Of a stretch of 64,000 bases of DNA, positions 1 to 14,157 are shown one piece after another. Below the pieces are notes generated by a model, which did no database searches, was not told the DNA's origin, and worked only from the letters and a program-made list of their open reading frames with translations. This stretch comes from the human T2T-CHM13v2.0 reference genome, Homo sapiens: assembly GCF_009914755.1 (NCBI RefSeq), contig NC_060929.1; one strand, written 5' to 3'. The position numbers and the translations under genes are program-made. Numbering within the stretch: the stretch's first letter is position 1; every line of letters begins with the position of its first letter.

Positions 1-12
1 TCATCAAATTCT

Positions 13-322
13 TTTTTTTTTTTTTTTTTTTTTTTTTTGAGACCAGGTGTCACTCTGTTGCCCAGGCTGGAGTGCAGTGGCACAATCATGGCTCACTGCA
101 GTTTCAACCTCCTGGGCTCAAGTGATCCTCCCACCTCAGCCTCCTGAGTAGCTGGGACCACAGATGTGCACTAACACGCTTGGCTAATTTTTTTATTTTT
201 TTGTGGAGATGGGGGCCTCTCTTTGTTGTCCATGTTGGTCTTGAACTCCGAGCCTCAAGTGATCCTCCCACCTTGGCCTCACAAAGTGTTGGCATTACAG
301 GCTTGAAACATGGCACTCAGCC
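13..322 (-). mobile_element. Alu (AluJ-like) SINE
   Basis: Poly(T) at 12-39 followed by GAGACC...CACTCTGTTGCCCAGGCTGGAGTGCAGTGG dimeric Alu. GGGCTCAAGTGATCCTCCCACCTCAGCC is J-like. Diverged TSD-like flanks TCATCAAATTCT / TCACCAGATTCT. Confidence 0.93.
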
Positions 323-339
323 CATTCACCAGATTCTTA

Positions 340-930
340 CCTAGTCGGTGCAAGCCACTGTAATCTGTTGTATGGCAAATACAAAGATCAACCAGATACA
401 AACTATCTGCAAAAGTCACTTGTCATCAGAATGACACAGGAAGCAAAGGACTGAGAGATTCATTCTGTTTGAAGGAGGAGTGGATTTTTAAAAAAGGCTT
501 TCAGGAGACTGTGGTATTTGAGCCAGGCTTCAAGTTGTGGATAGAATTTGGACTTGCAGAGATGGAGCTGGGTAAATGGTGTTTCTGAAAGACAGAACAA
601 ACTGAGCAAAGGCACAAAGGCATGGAAATCTTGGATGGAGTATTGTGAATAGATTACAGTTCCAGTTTGTCGAAGTGTAGCATGCTTACAGGGAAGCAAT
701 TGGAAACGTGGGTGGGACCTACCTGTTGTTGGAGAGCTTGAAATGAATTCATTTTGGTGCCAATGGGGAGTGGTTGACGTGTGAGCAGCAGAAGAGTGAC
801 ATGGTGAAATGTCATTTGGGAGACTGCTGTGTGTGGAATGGATTGGACAGGCACAAACTTGAGATGGGAATCAGCTGAGACACATCTGAAATAGTCTAGC
901 CTTCAGGTGATGAGGGCCTTGTTGTGAGTG
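340..930 (-). mobile_element. Degenerate L2 LINE fragment (approximate limits)
   Basis: Purine-rich L2-like motifs such as GAACAAACTGAGCAAAGGCACAAAGGCATGGAAA. Highly diverged. Confidence 0.5.
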
Positions 931-3900
931 ATGGAGGGGAGAAGGTGTTTATGGGCAAATTCCTGAACCTTAACAACCATGAGCTATGGGTGCAGGGAGG
1001 AGGGCCATGTCATATGGTACTGGGACCTCCAGACCAGGCGTTATGCCTTAATACGAGAGTTCTGAGGTTGGCGGGGAGGTGGGAGAGCCCACTTGTAGGA
1101 AGGAAGATGTGTTTGGTTATCCTGAACTGTAACAGCAAGAATTGAGTGTGTCTTCTTCACACAGTGCCCTTAGCAGAGCCTGGGTGGCAAGTGGTGCCAC
1201 CCAGTGAATCTTTGTTGAGGTTGAGATGCCAGCCAAGCTGCTAAGAGGAAGCTGTCCAGGAAGGCGGTTGGAAATGGCTCCTGGGGCCTCACGGGGAAGC
1301 TAGCCCTAGAGATGGAACTTGGGCAATCTTGGAATAGTGTAACAGAGCCCTCAGGAAAGAGAAAGCTACAGACGGAGCTTTAGTGATGCCTTAGGGGGTG
1401 AGAGAAGTCCTAAAATAAATGGTTTGAATGTAGGGAAAGTCTCAGTTGCCTGGAGGCCAAGAACAAAAAGGATTTCAGGAAGGAGCAAGTGGGCACAATA
1501 GATGAGTGCTTCTGAGGGGACGGGGCTGAGAAAAGGACACAGGCAGTGGCCATGAGAAAGCTGTTCTGGAGGGTGGCAGGGACAGATGTCAGATGAACTG
1601 CTCGATTTGGTTTTAATGTAGATTTTTAAAGGGAAGGAAACAAGTCAGTGTTTAAACATTGGTTACAAGGTACTTTGATATATTTTTTAGATAACGCTTC
1701 TAATAACAAAAGTATACTATAGACTAGAGCAGCTGAAAAAATATTAGTCATCTTCTGCAAGGGAAAATTTCCATCTTTGTAGCCATTTGGGTCATTAAGT
1801 GCCAGTAATCACATCCAGGGTATGTATATATAGGAGATACGTTGGCAAAATAGGAGAGGACTGGGTCAGCTGCTGCTATCTCATTTTATTTATTTTTCCA
1901 AATTGAAAACTGTGTCAGTTACAAGTACCTCTGGATTAAAAATAAAATGAACTTTGCTGAAATGTTAACATGTGGATAGTCAAATAGCAATTATAATGTG
2001 GTACAGAATTGCCCAGGGCAGAGGTGTGGTGGGAAGACAGCTACCAGCTGATCACTCCTTCCTTTGATTTGAGCTGACTAAAGTCAGAGGATCCTCTAAC
2101 ACTGCACACTACAACTTTGCCCTGTGGGTTTCTGCTGGATCAGTAAAGAATTCTTCTGCCCCCCAGCCCCTCCCAACACTGGGCACACTACCGTTATAAG
2201 GTAGGGATGTAGGCAGTTATGTGGCTGATATTAATGTGATGTTTATCCCTGTAGGCTGGTACTGCACATCACATGGTGTGTGGGATCACAGATCATATTT
2301 TTTCTGCCAAAAGGCAGTGAATTATTCCCCCAGAGATGCCATTATTTCCTCCTTAAAGAGAAATAAATTATATAGCTGCTATATGGGAGTGGCACACCCT
2401 GGGTGGATCACTCTGAAGCCTGAAGCCCAAGGGAGAACCCAGGAAAGGCCAGGGTACTGCCAAATTCTCTCCAGCCTGGGAACGTTGCTTCCTCCAAACC
2501 CTCTGGGGCATCTTGAGCTGCTCCTATTTTGTAGGGACCCCGAGCTCTTTCCCCAGCTCAGAGGCTGAAAGGAGTTCCTAGGAGTAGCCTCTCTCCCTGA
2601 GCTTCCTCTCATCTTAGTGGACTGACTTGAGTTTGGAGGGAACTAAGTTGGGAGGCTGAGCTCAGTAAAATGTTGACCACCCCACCCTTCCTGATATTGT
2701 ACCTTCCTTCGGCCTTGGCAGCTCAGCATCCTTCTGATGTCTCTCGGCTCTCCTAATGTTCCTCCTGTAGTCTTCTCTCTGCTTCCTGAAGAGGGACTTC
2801 CCAAGAGTTGGCCCTTGGTGCTTGGTTGTCTGTGTTTTGTGACTCAAATTGCCTTTCTTAGTCATCCAGCAAACACTTATTTCATATCTACCTCTGCTAC
2901 AGGTTTCAGACTGGGTGATGGAGTTGCAAAGCCATGATCCCTGCTCCTGAGAGTTTACAGGCCAGAGAGGGACACAGACATATAACAAAGTAGGGCACCT
3001 AATTTTTACAGATGCTATACCAAGGAGATTCAAAAGAAGGAATGGTTAGTGCTCTCAGAGGGCAAGGGCAAGACTGGAAAGATTTAGTAGAGGCAACCTT
3101 AGACTTTTCTGATGATTTCCAGGCTTGTGGCTTCAAATGTTTTGTTAGATATTCCCATTAGGTTGTGCAGGAAAGAAAGAAAGAATGGACAGAGGCTTGG
3201 AGGCAGAGCTGGACTTGAATCCTAGATCTGTCAGTTAGGAGTTTACCACTCTGGAACAAGGAAACAGGTAATATTCTTTATCTTGCAGATTGAAAAATAC
3301 TGTGATCATCACTTTTCCAGAGCTTCTCATCCTCAGTTCCTAATCAAGGGGTGTTAGCATGCAGACAAGAAGCAGGGTAAGGAGACTCATCAGTGACCTG
3401 TTAGTAGTCATGGACTACAAGGTAAAGAAAGCATGGACCACAGAGTCTGTTACCTTAGTGAGGTGCTGTCAGGATTGGTGACAATGTACAAAAAGCATCT
3501 AGTACTAGAACAGTACTAATCAATACATCTCCCACTCATTGTCAACCTGCTACCAGAAAGCCAAGTGACTCACCTTCCAAAAATGCCCTGTTCCCTCCTT
3601 TTTCTTCCACAGCTGTCAGTGCTAATGGTGTCCTCCAGGATCACTCAGCTTTAGTATCTGCCTTTTCTGTCTTTTGCTTCCTTCGTATTCCCTTGCCTTC
3701 TCTTTCTGTTAATGTATAAAACCAGTGATGGCCTGATTTGAATGTAAGGGAAGATGATGACCACTGGGGTCACTGAGAGCCACAGATTTAAGAGCTCTTA
3801 AGCATTCATTGTTTGAAACAGGATTTCCCTAGAGGAAATTTGTGCATTTATTCAATGAGGATGGAATCACTAGGTGGTATTCAGCATCTGTCTCAGAGCT

Positions 3901-4121
3901 CATCCTGAGTGCTACGCTGCATCACACTCCGGACCACACAGAGCTGCATGCATAGCAGAATTTGTACTCTGCAGACTCTACGGACACCTGGAACCCTTAA
4001 GAGTAGATGTGAATGTTTCACTTCCGCCATGATAGCATGAGTTCTGTGGACCTGATCCACAGAAAAACTAAAAATTACTAAAGAACATAAAACTAACCAC
4101 TTAAAGTATCTGGAAATGGCC

Positions 4122-4656
4122 TGTAAACCAAAAAGTATCTAAGACAGGTCTTAATCAATTTTGAGGTTTATTTGCCAAGGTTAAGGATGCGTCCAGAGAA
4201 AAGGAACACAAAACCACAGGAACAATCTGTGATACATGCTATTTTCCAAAGAGCGTTTTGGGACTTCTATATTTAAAGGGAAAAAGAGCAGGTAGTAGCA
4301 CAAAGAGGAAAGAGAAAAATAAAAGAGGAGGGTAGATAAAAGAAGAGAGGGGTTGCATTCCTTTGAGTCTTTGATCAGCATTCACTGAATTCACATTTTA
4401 CCTTTGAAAAGAAAGCATAGAGAAATAGTCATTATGCATTCTTCTCACACTCAGTAAATTAGGACTCTACCTAAGATAAAGTAAACATAGAGTGGCTATT
4501 TGTGGAGCCATCTGGCCTTCTATCTAGCCTTCTGTCTTCTAAGTTACTTGTTTAGAAACAAAAAGAAAGGCAGTTGCTTACATGACTCAGTTTCCAGCTT
4601 AACTTTTCCCTGGCATAGTGAATTTGGGATGCCGAGATTTTATTTTCCTTTCACCA
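4122..4656 (-). mobile_element. Solo ERV1 LTR, MER4-family
   Basis: TGTAAACCAAAAAGTATCTAAGACAGGTC...AGATTTTATTTTCCTTTCA matches the reverse complement of MER4-type termini. 4-bp GGCC/GGCA flanks. Interrupts the L1 5' region. Confidence 0.75.
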
Positions 4657-7600
4657 GGCATATGGGCATTCAGCAAATTAAGAAATACTTATTCAGGAAA
4701 ATCTACTAAAACTCAGTTACAAAGGTGAGAGCTGTAGTATTTGAAGCAAGACCTCCACTTTTCTTCCCCCACTCCAAACTCAGAGAGATGGAAACTTCAC
4801 TCTAGACTGGTGCAACCAAGAATGCAGAGCTCCTTCTACCCCAGCTCCTAATTGGAGACCTGTTGTCTTGGAAAGGACAGTATGTCAGCCTTTCTCATCT
4901 TGCCCTCAGCAACCTGTTTTTGAGACTAAGTTCCAGGCAAGTGCAGCCCAGAGGTGTGGGGTTCTTTCTTTCATCCAGCCTCCACCCATAGGACAGAGGA
5001 ATCTACCTTGAATGTGGCGTGCTGAGAATCCTGGGACCTACATTATCCTTGCCCTTGCTTGAAAGCTGTGGTTTCTCACAGGAAGAAGCAAGCTGAGAAG
5101 ACCTATGGTTACTGCCCCACCACCACTGAGAACTCAGCTATAAGAGTAGGGGTGTCACTTAGAGAGAAGCATACCATTGTCTCCATCTGCAGTTCTAGAG
5201 CCCTAACTCAGAGATTTGCCTGGGGGAGAAGTAGGTTGTAAAACAGAGACCTCTCAGTATCTTACCAAAGGAGCTGACTTTGTTTGCAACAAAGTGTGGA
5301 GAAATTTATGCCCAAGGTTTCTCTCAAAAAAAAAAAAAAAAAAAAAAAAAGTAGAGGTTGTAGTGAAAGGCAATGGGGAAGAGATTGGTAGATTCATTGG
5401 AGATATAGATTAAGTTGTAGGCCAGCTAGTTTGCTGGGAACTAGGGAAAGAGACAGCTGAGAGGAGCATTCCTGGAGTCAGAGTGAATCTTAAGCACTGG
5501 CCTTGGAAACTGTCTTTTCAAAGGAGCCAAATTTGATTGAATCAATCTAGGAAACAACATATACCCATAGCAATCAACCTTCAGTTAATTCAACAGCTAG
5601 GAATGGTCAGGGAAAGAGATAGTGAAACAGAATCTTGCCAAAGCCCTATTAGGGTAGCTGTGGACATACCCAAGGCTACATCCCCTGAGTGGTAACATCA
5701 GAGGCTTCATTCTATGGGGGGAAGGAAACAGACTTCAGTAAAATAATCCAACTAATCACTAAAGAAATAAACAAATCACAATAGCAATCCCTGGAGAGAG
5801 GGAGGATCTATCATCCTGATTGCTACAATATGTTATGTAGAATGTCCAGTTTCCAACAGAAAAACTATGAGATATGCCAAAAAACGGAAAGATATGACCT
5901 ATACACTAGGGTTAGGGGTTAGGGGGCATTAGGCAATAGATACTGGCTGTGAGAGCAAACAGGTGTTGAATTTAAAAGAAAAAGACATCAAAGTATGCAT
6001 AATAAATACATTCAAAGAGCTAAAGGAAACCCATGATTAAATACATAAAAGTAGGTATTATGACAATGTCATATCACACAGAGAATATAAATGAGATATA
6101 AATTTTAAAAAAGAACCAAATGAACATTTTGGAATTGTAAAGTATAATAACTGAAATGAAAAATTAACCAAAGAGGTTCAAGAGTAGATTTGAACTGACA
6201 AAAGAAAGAATTAATGAACTAGAAGAAAGATTGACAGAGGTTATACAAGCTGAAGAGAGAAAAAAATGAACAGAGCCTTAGAGAATTACAAGACACCATT
6301 GAGTGCACCAACCTATATGTAATGGGAATACTGGAAGGAGAGGAAAAAGAGAAAGGAGCAGAAAAAATATTAGAAGAAATAATAGCTTTTCATTATTTCC
6401 AGGCTTTCCAAATGTATTGGAAAAATATTAATGTACATATCTAGAAAGCTCAAAAAACTCCAAGGAAGATTAGCAAACACAAAGAGGTCAGAGACATTAT
6501 AGTAAAAATGCTGAGAATCCAAAGACAAGGAGAGAATCTTGAAAGCAGCAAGAGAAAAATGACTTACTACTTATAAGGGAACCCAAAGACTAACCTGACT
6601 TCTCCTCAGAAATAGTAGAGGCCAGAAAATAGTGATGTCCAGATTCAAATTACATAAAGAAATAAATGTTAACTAAAAATCTTATATTCAGCAAAGCTAT
6701 CTTTCATAATAAAAGCAAAATAATGATATCCCCAGATGAACAAAAACAGAAATAATTTGTTTCTAACAGATCTGCCTTACAAGAAATGCTAAAGTTATTT
6801 AGTCTGAAAGCAAGTAACTTCACACAATAATCTGAATCTTCAAGAAAAAAACAATGAGCATATATATGTGTAAAAGACAGTATTAATGGATATATCACCT
6901 CCCTTTTTAAAAACTGATTTAAAAAGCAATTGCATTAAACTATACACATATATACACACATACATATATATATTATCATTGAGACTTCACTTATAGAAAT
7001 GTAGCATATTTGCTAATAATAGCACAAAGGAGGTAGGTGGAGGCAATATTATATTGGGCTAAGAAAATGACTCTAGTGGTAACGAATTCACATAAACAAA
7101 CGAAGGGATCCACAAATGATAAATAAAGTTAACATAACAAAAGATATAAATATGTATATATATATTTGTTCTCCTTTCTTCACTTAGCTTCCTTAAAAGA
7201 CATAATGTTATATAATGTAATAATTAATAAGAATGTACTATTGGGCTTATAACATTTTAAATGTAATAGTATAGTTACATCACAAAAGGGGAGAAAAGGG
7301 AATAGAGCTATATAAGAGTAACATTTCTATATCTCACTGGAATAAAATTGGTGTAAATCTGAAGCTGATTCTGATAAGATGTATCTGAGAAGGCCTAGAG
7401 CAACCACTAAGAAAATGATTTTTTAAAGTAGTAAAAAAAAAATCCTTAAAGAAATTTAAATGCTATAGTAGAAAATATTCTCTTAATGCACAAGAAAGCA
7501 ATAAAGGTGGAATAGAGGAGAAGACAACATGGGACATATAGGAAACGAAAAGTAGAATGGTAGACATAAATTTACTGTATCAATAATGACATTAAATACT

Positions 7601-8818
7601 TTTAATTAAACAGTCCAATCAAAAGGCAGAGAGTTAAACAATCTTTAGTTAAAAACAAAAAGCAAGATTGAACTATATACTGTCTACAGAGCCACACTTT
7701 ATATTCAAAGATACAAATAGACTGAAAGTAAAAGGAAAGGAAAAGATATACCATGTAAACAGCACCCACAAGAAAGCTGGAGAGGCTATGTTAATATCAG
7801 ACAAAATAGACGTTAAAAAAAAAAAGTCACCAAAGGTAAAGAGGGACATTTTATAGTGATAAAAAAGACAATTTATTAGGATGATATAACAATTATAGAC
7901 ATATATCCAGTAAACAACAGAGTGCCAAAATATGTGAAGTAAAAACTGACAAAAATGAAGGAAGAAACAGATAACTCAACAATGGTAGTTGAAGACTTCA
8001 ATACCCAATTTTCAAGAGGGATATAACAACTAGGCAGAAAACAATAAGAAAATAGAAGGCATGAACAACACTAAAAGCCAACAATACCTAGTAGACATTC
8101 TCAGAACACTGTGAATAATTAATACCAATTCTTTACAAATTCTTCAAAGAATAGAAGATGAAGGAACACTTTCTAACTCATTATTTGAGGCCAGTATTAC
8201 CCTAATACCAAAAATGGACAAAAACATCACAAGGAAGGAAAACTACAAACCAATATTTTTTATTATGCATGGAAAAAATTTCTAACAAAATACTAGCAAA
8301 CTGAATCCAGAAACGTATGAAAAGGATTATACACCAGGGTGGGATTTATCTCAGGAATGCCCTGTTGGTTTAACATCCCAAGATCAATTAATGTAATGTA
8401 CCGTATCAATAGAATAAAAAACAGAACCATGATCATCTCAATACACAGAAAAATCATTTGATAAATTCAACACCTTTTCATGGTAAAAACATTCAAAAAA
8501 CTAGTAATAGGAAACATCCTCAGTCTGATAAGACATCTACAAGAAACTCACAGGTAACATCATACTTGATTGGAAAAGAGTGGATACTTTTTCTCTAAGA
8601 TCAGGAACAAGACAAAGATGCCCACTCTTGCTATTTCTAGTCAACATTGTACTGGAGTGTCTAGCTGGGGCAATTAAGTGAGAAAAATAAATAAAAGACA
8701 TCCCGATTGGCAAGAAGAAACAAAAGTATCTCTATTTGCAAGTAACATAATCGTGTATATGGAAAATCCCAGGGACTCCACTAAAAAACCATTAAAACTA
8801 ATAAACAAGTCCAGCAAG

Positions 8819-9260
8819 TACATTAGATTCCTGGGGCTGCCATAACAAAGTACCAAAAACTGGGTAACTTAAGACAACAGAAATTTATTTTCTTACAGTT
8901 ACAGGGGCTAGAAGTCCAAACTCAAGGTGTTGGGAGTCCCTTTGAGACACTGAGTAGAATCCTTCCTTTCCTTTTCTAGTGTCTGGTATTTGTTGGCTTT
9001 TCCTGGTATTTCTTGGTTTGTAGATGCATCACTCCAGGGTCTGCCTCCATCATCATATGACTGTCTTCATCCTTCGTGTCTCTCTTCTCTTCTTGTAATT
9101 GCACCAATCATATTAGATTAAGGGCCTACCCTACTCTAGTATGACCTCACCTTAACTAATTACATCTGTAATGACCCTACTTCTAAGGTCACATTCTGAG
9201 GTAGTGGGAGTTAGTACTCCAACATATCTTTTTGATGGGGGATACAATCCAAACATAACA
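8819..9260 (-). mobile_element. MLT1 (MaLR) solo LTR nested in L1 ORF2
   Basis: GGGGCTGCCATAACAAAGTACC...GGTCACATTCTGAGG...CATAACA. GCAAG/GCAAA 5-bp flanks. L1 sequence resumes on both sides. Confidence 0.85.
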
Positions 9261-10811
9261 GCAAAGCTACAAGATACAAAATTAATTACTAAAATTAATT
9301 ATGTATCTATATACTAGCGTTGAACAATCTGAAAATGATATTAAGGAAATAATTCCATTTATAATAGTATTAAAAAATAAAATACTTAGGAATAATTTTA
9401 ATAAATAAATACTTCAAAAACTTAAAAAAAATTGTTGAAAGAAATTTTAAGACTGAAATAAATGGAAGGACATTCATGATCCTAGATTGGAAGACAAGGT
9501 TAAGGTGGAAATCCTTCGCAAATGAATCTACAGATTTAATGCAATCACTATCAAAATCCCAGCTAGATTCTTTAGAGAAATTTGTAGGTTATTATAGAAT
9601 TTCAAAACTAATATGGGATTTCAAAACATACGGAATTTAAAGGGACCCAAAATAGCCAAAACAATCTCAAAAAAGAAGGACAAACTAGGAGGCACTTAAC
9701 ACTTCTCAATTCCAAAACTTACTACCAAGCAACAGTAATAAAGACTGTGTGGTACTGGCACAAAGTTAGACATACAGCTCTATGAAACGGAATTGAGAAT
9801 CCAGAAATAAACCTCTATAGTTAATTGATTTTCAACAGGAATGCCAAGACCATCTAATGTAGGAAAAATATTATTCGCAAAGGATTCTTAAATATGACAC
9901 CCAAATGCAAGTGAGTAAAGTATAAATAAATTGGGCTTTAATAAAACTGAAACCTTGTGTGCTTCAAAGCACACCGTCTAGAAAGTGACAAAACAGCCCA
10001 CAGAATGGGAGAAAATATTTTCAAATTATATATCTGATAAGAGAATTGTATCCAGAATATGTAAAGAGCTCTTACAATTTAATAAGACAACCCACTTAAA
10101 ATGGCAAAGGACTTGAATAGACATTTCTCCAAGAAATATTTTCAAATGACCAATAAGCACATGAGAAGATGCTTGGCATCATTAATTATCAAGAAATGCA
10201 AATTGAAACCAGAGAAGATACCCCTTCAAGGCCCCTAGGATGGCTTGAATCAGAAAGTCAGATAATAAGAAGTGTTGGCAAGGATTTGGAGAAATTGAAA
10301 CCCTCACACACTGCTGGTGGGAATGTAAAATGGTGTGACCACTTTGGAAAAAACTCTAGCAGTTTCTGACAGGTAATCACAGAGTTATTATATGACCCAG
10401 CAATTCCATTTTTTAGGTACATACCCAAGAATAATGAAAACAAAAGTCATGGAAAAACAAAAACATTTCTAATAACACTGTTCATAGTAGCTAAAAGGTG
10501 AAAGCAACCCAAATGACCATAAATTAATGAATAGACAAATTTTGAATATGTACACAGTGGGATATTACTTGGCCATAAAAAGGAATGAAGTACAGAAGCA
10601 TGCTACAACTTGGATGAGCCTTGAAAATGTTATGCTAAGGGAAGGAAACCAGTCACAAAAGACCCCATTTCATTTATATGAAATGTGGTAAAGCTATTGA
10701 GACAGAAAGTAAAGCTATTGAGACAGAAAGTAGATTATCTGTTGCTTAGGGATGCGGTGGATGAGAGGATGGGATGGCGGTGGGGTGGCAGCTACAAGGT
10801 ACAGGGTTTCT

Positions 10812-11026
10812 GTTTTCTTCTCTCTCTGTCACGCAGGCTGGAGTGCAGTGTAGCTGAGACAACAGGCACATGACACCATGTCCGGCTAATTTTCTTTTTT
10901 ATTTTTGTAGAGATGGGGTTTCATCATGTTTCCCAGGCTGGTCTTGAATTCCTGGGCTCTAGCGACCCATCTGCCTCAGCCTCCCAAAATGGTAGGATTA
11001 CAGGTACAAGCCACCACACTCAGCCT
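10812..11026 (-). mobile_element. AluJ-like element with internal deletion
   Basis: CAGGCTGGAGTGCAGTG fused directly to TAGCTGAGAC, then the second monomer. AGGTACAGG flanks both sides (TSD). Confidence 0.85.
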
Positions 11027-12483
11027 AGGTACAGGACTTATTTTGAGCTGATGACAGTTTTCCAAAATGGATTGTTTTAGCAGTTGCATATATCTGTAAA
11101 TATACTAAAAACTCCTGAATTTTACCCTTTAAATGGATGAATTAGTACATGAATTATATCTCAATAAAGCTGTTTTTTAAAAAGAGAGTAGACATGTAAG
11201 GTTGCTTGGAAAATTGACTGCTTGTGTTGTAAAGTTAGGCCAAGTATATCTGTATACATTCCTTGTGAACAGTGCCATTTTAGTGATTATATAAAATCCA
11301 GGACAGAAACAATAAAGTGGTGGGACCTTATCACCTAGTTCTCCAGTTTGAAATTAAACCTGTTCCTCAGTTCTATTAACTGTAGCCTACATTTTCATGT
11401 CACTGATCATTATACTTGGGCTATTTATAGTCTTTAGACTGATGCTCTTGGATAAGTTTGGCTTAGAAGAAAAAAAAAAGCTATTTTCAGAGTAATAAGC
11501 TCTGTGAGCCAGTAGGTTAATAAGATTATAGCAACACCAAAGGTATATTTTTAAAAATCTCAATGACATGGTGATGGGAGGGGATCTTGTCAGATAATGA
11601 TATTCTTGAGGTTGAAGCAATGTTAACTCTTTAGCCCTAGTACACTCTTTTTTCCCTCAAATGTTCAATGAATGCTTCCAAAGAAATGGCAGAATGTTTT
11701 GTTATTGTTCTGATCTTTATGTTGCGATGTTACAAATATTGTAACTTATTTTAGGGACTTTGTAATTGTCACGGCACCCACAGTACACTGAATGCTGTAT
11801 GGAGCATGAGCATATAGAAGACAGGTACTTATTCATCTGGGCTTTGGGCTGAGAATCGGGAGCCCAGGTTTCTCAAGAGTTGGGTTACCGATTAGCTTAG
11901 TCCAGACTCATTTGTTGAGTAGGAGGATTGTACCAGATGCTTCCTGACAGTCTTATCACCTCCAACTTCTGTGATGCTGAACTCCTGTGAAAGATGGATT
12001 ATCTCTGTATTTTAGGCAGAAGGAAGTTAGTACAAGTACTACATACATGTCACACAAAATCCTTTCAGATAATTGGGTAGCAGTGACATTTCTGGAGATT
12101 AACTGGCTTACACGAATTGGGCCCTGGAATGTTTCATGGGACATGAAAACTGACTTGCTTGATCCTGTCTTTTTACTACAGATATGCTCCTCCACCTCTT
12201 TTACCAGTCGGTAGTCCTGAGAGCAGGGTTTTCCAAACTGGATTTTGTAAGGTAATAAAGTTTGCCTGATGTCTTTAGTGCAGGACTTCTCAGTTATTAA
12301 CATGCTAACTTGAGACAACCAATACAACATTTCCAAAATGAAGAGACTCTGATGAAGCCCTTTATATCATGGAGCACATATTAATACTTCACTGAACCAG
12401 AATTCAGAGGAATCCAGTTTAGAGGCCTGTCTGCCTTGGACACCTCCAAATAGGTATAAAAATTCACTGCCACCAGAAAACCT

Positions 12484-13123
12484 GGGCCTGACCCTGCCCA
12501 GTCCCGCCTTGGTGCTCCATTAGCCCCACAGTTCCAGCCTCACTGACAGGTCCCCTTCTCCTCTTTGAGGTCATTTTCTTTTTCTCACACAGATTGAACA
12601 TTTTAAGAATTTTAATAATGAAAACCGAATTAGACCTGTTCTGTGGTTGCACTGTGTTGATTCATCCTTGCGTTACCAGTGCCTGGCACAGTTCCTGACA
12701 TTATAAAGCCTGGCACACAGTTATTACTCAAGAAATGTTTGTGGAATAATAATTGAATGAACAAATGAATGTGTACATGGGGGACAAAAGCCAGCTAATC
12801 TCTCTTCTAATCAATATTTACGCATTAAGCTTGCATAGTATAAATCAGCTCTGCTTGTTAAGGATTTTTCCCATGAACCAGAGCTTCAGGTTTGAGATCT
12901 GAAGGGTGCTGTCACACCAGCTAGTTTATAACCACCTGTACTGGTGCCATGTCTTTTATTGGTGGCATTGGCCTGACTCTGCCCCAGCACCACCTTGGTG
13001 CTCCATTAGCCCTGCAGTTCCAGCCTCACTGACAGACCCCCTTCTCCTCTTTGAGGTCTTTTTCTTTTTCTCACACAGATTAAACATTTTAAGAATTTTC
13101 GTAATGAAAACCAAATAAGACCT
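12484..13123 (+). repeat. Diverged ~155-bp direct duplication (12484-12637 and 12969-13123)
   Basis: Both copies read GGCCTGAC..CCTTGGTGCTCCATTAGCCC..CAGTTCCAGCCTCACTGACAG..CCCCTTCTCCTCTTTGAGGTC..TTTCTTTTTCTCACACAGATT..ACATTTTAAGAATTTT..TAATGAAAACC..AGACCT. Offset about 486 bp. Confidence 0.93.
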
Positions 13124-14110
13124 ATGATGCCCCATCATTATAAATGTTCTACTCCAAGACCAACATCTTCTTTGCACCCTTGAACCTGATACTTTCCCCC
13201 ATGTCCTCAGAAGGAGAAGCTTTTATGTATTCTTTTTGAGTTTCCATAAACTCAGGCTCAGGGCAAATGGAAGGAACCTCTGCAAATGCAAAGATAAATG
13301 TCTCCTGAGCTCTTCGGTTAGGGACAGTAGGGCAGACACTGATGTTGGAGCTTCCTGGCTGGCTATATGCCTTCTACAATCCTCAGAGTCCAATAGGTAT
13401 GCTGTAAATACTTTCACCCTACTGTCTTCTGAAATTTGGGAAAATAGGTATTCACCCATCTATGCTCTTCTTTCAACAAAGATGGGGATTATTTATGCCT
13501 TAAGTCAGCTGTCAAGTTTAAGCAAAGAACTTCAACTACCTCCTTTCTTAAACTTCCTAAAGCACTCAAGTCATATGAAAACAATTCTTTAAGATGCCAT
13601 ATTTCTTTTAAATAATCTTATTTAGAAGTATTAAAGGTTATTTTGATACCCCTGGCTCCTTTGATACCTTTCAGAAGCTTATAAATTGTTAAAGAATTAC
13701 CTAGTTCCTTTTCCAGAAAGTCTCAAGATCATTTTCCATGCAACAGCCACATACGTTAGGGACCATTATTTGTGTCAGAAAGAAATTTACGAGCTCCACA
13801 ATAGGATGTCCTATGTAGTAGATCTATGTGGTGGAAAACAATTGCCAAAGGAAAAGTCAGCTAGATTTGAGTGATGTGGCACATTTAACTTATGTTGTCT
13901 CCATTTTATATGCCCACAGTTTGAGTTCTGCCAGCTGAAGTTAAATCATGTGACTAAGCTGGTTTTTGGTCTTTTGGTTTTCTTAATACCAAGGCTTTTT
14001 CAACTTAACACTGAATTCCATATAATGCTTTCATTAAGAATGCCATGCATTAGACTCTGCTTGTCACTTTTTGTCCTTTCTTGGGATTTGCTACTGTTGG
14101 GGATGGAACT

Positions 14111-14113
<3 letters not shown>

Positions 14114-14142
<29 letters not shown>
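14114..14142. repeat. (TG)n microsatellite
   Basis: Direct reading. Confidence 0.95.
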
Positions 14143-14145
<3 letters not shown>

Positions 14146-14157
14146 CATATATATAGA

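Larger units (their letters stand above)
4050..11182 (+). mobile_element. Ancient long L1M (L1MB/L1MC-like) LINE, decayed, with internal deletions and nested insertions
   Basis: A-rich ORF1 remnants ~5950-6850. ORF2 endonuclease remnant (THFIFKDTNRLKVKGKEKIYH-like, ORF 7668-7856) and later ORF2 pieces ~8120-10450. L1M 3' end ...ATTATATCTCAATAAAGCTGTT at ~11150-11175. No intact ORF. Confidence 0.85.

Noticed and set aside
5907-5934. TTAGGG-like tract / possible G-quadruplex
   Set aside because: Only about three degenerate units inside an old L1; too short for an interstitial telomere.
10688-10729. 21-bp tandem duplication GTAAAGCTATTGAGACAGAAA x2
   Set aside because: Simple slippage duplication within a dead L1; no sign of function.
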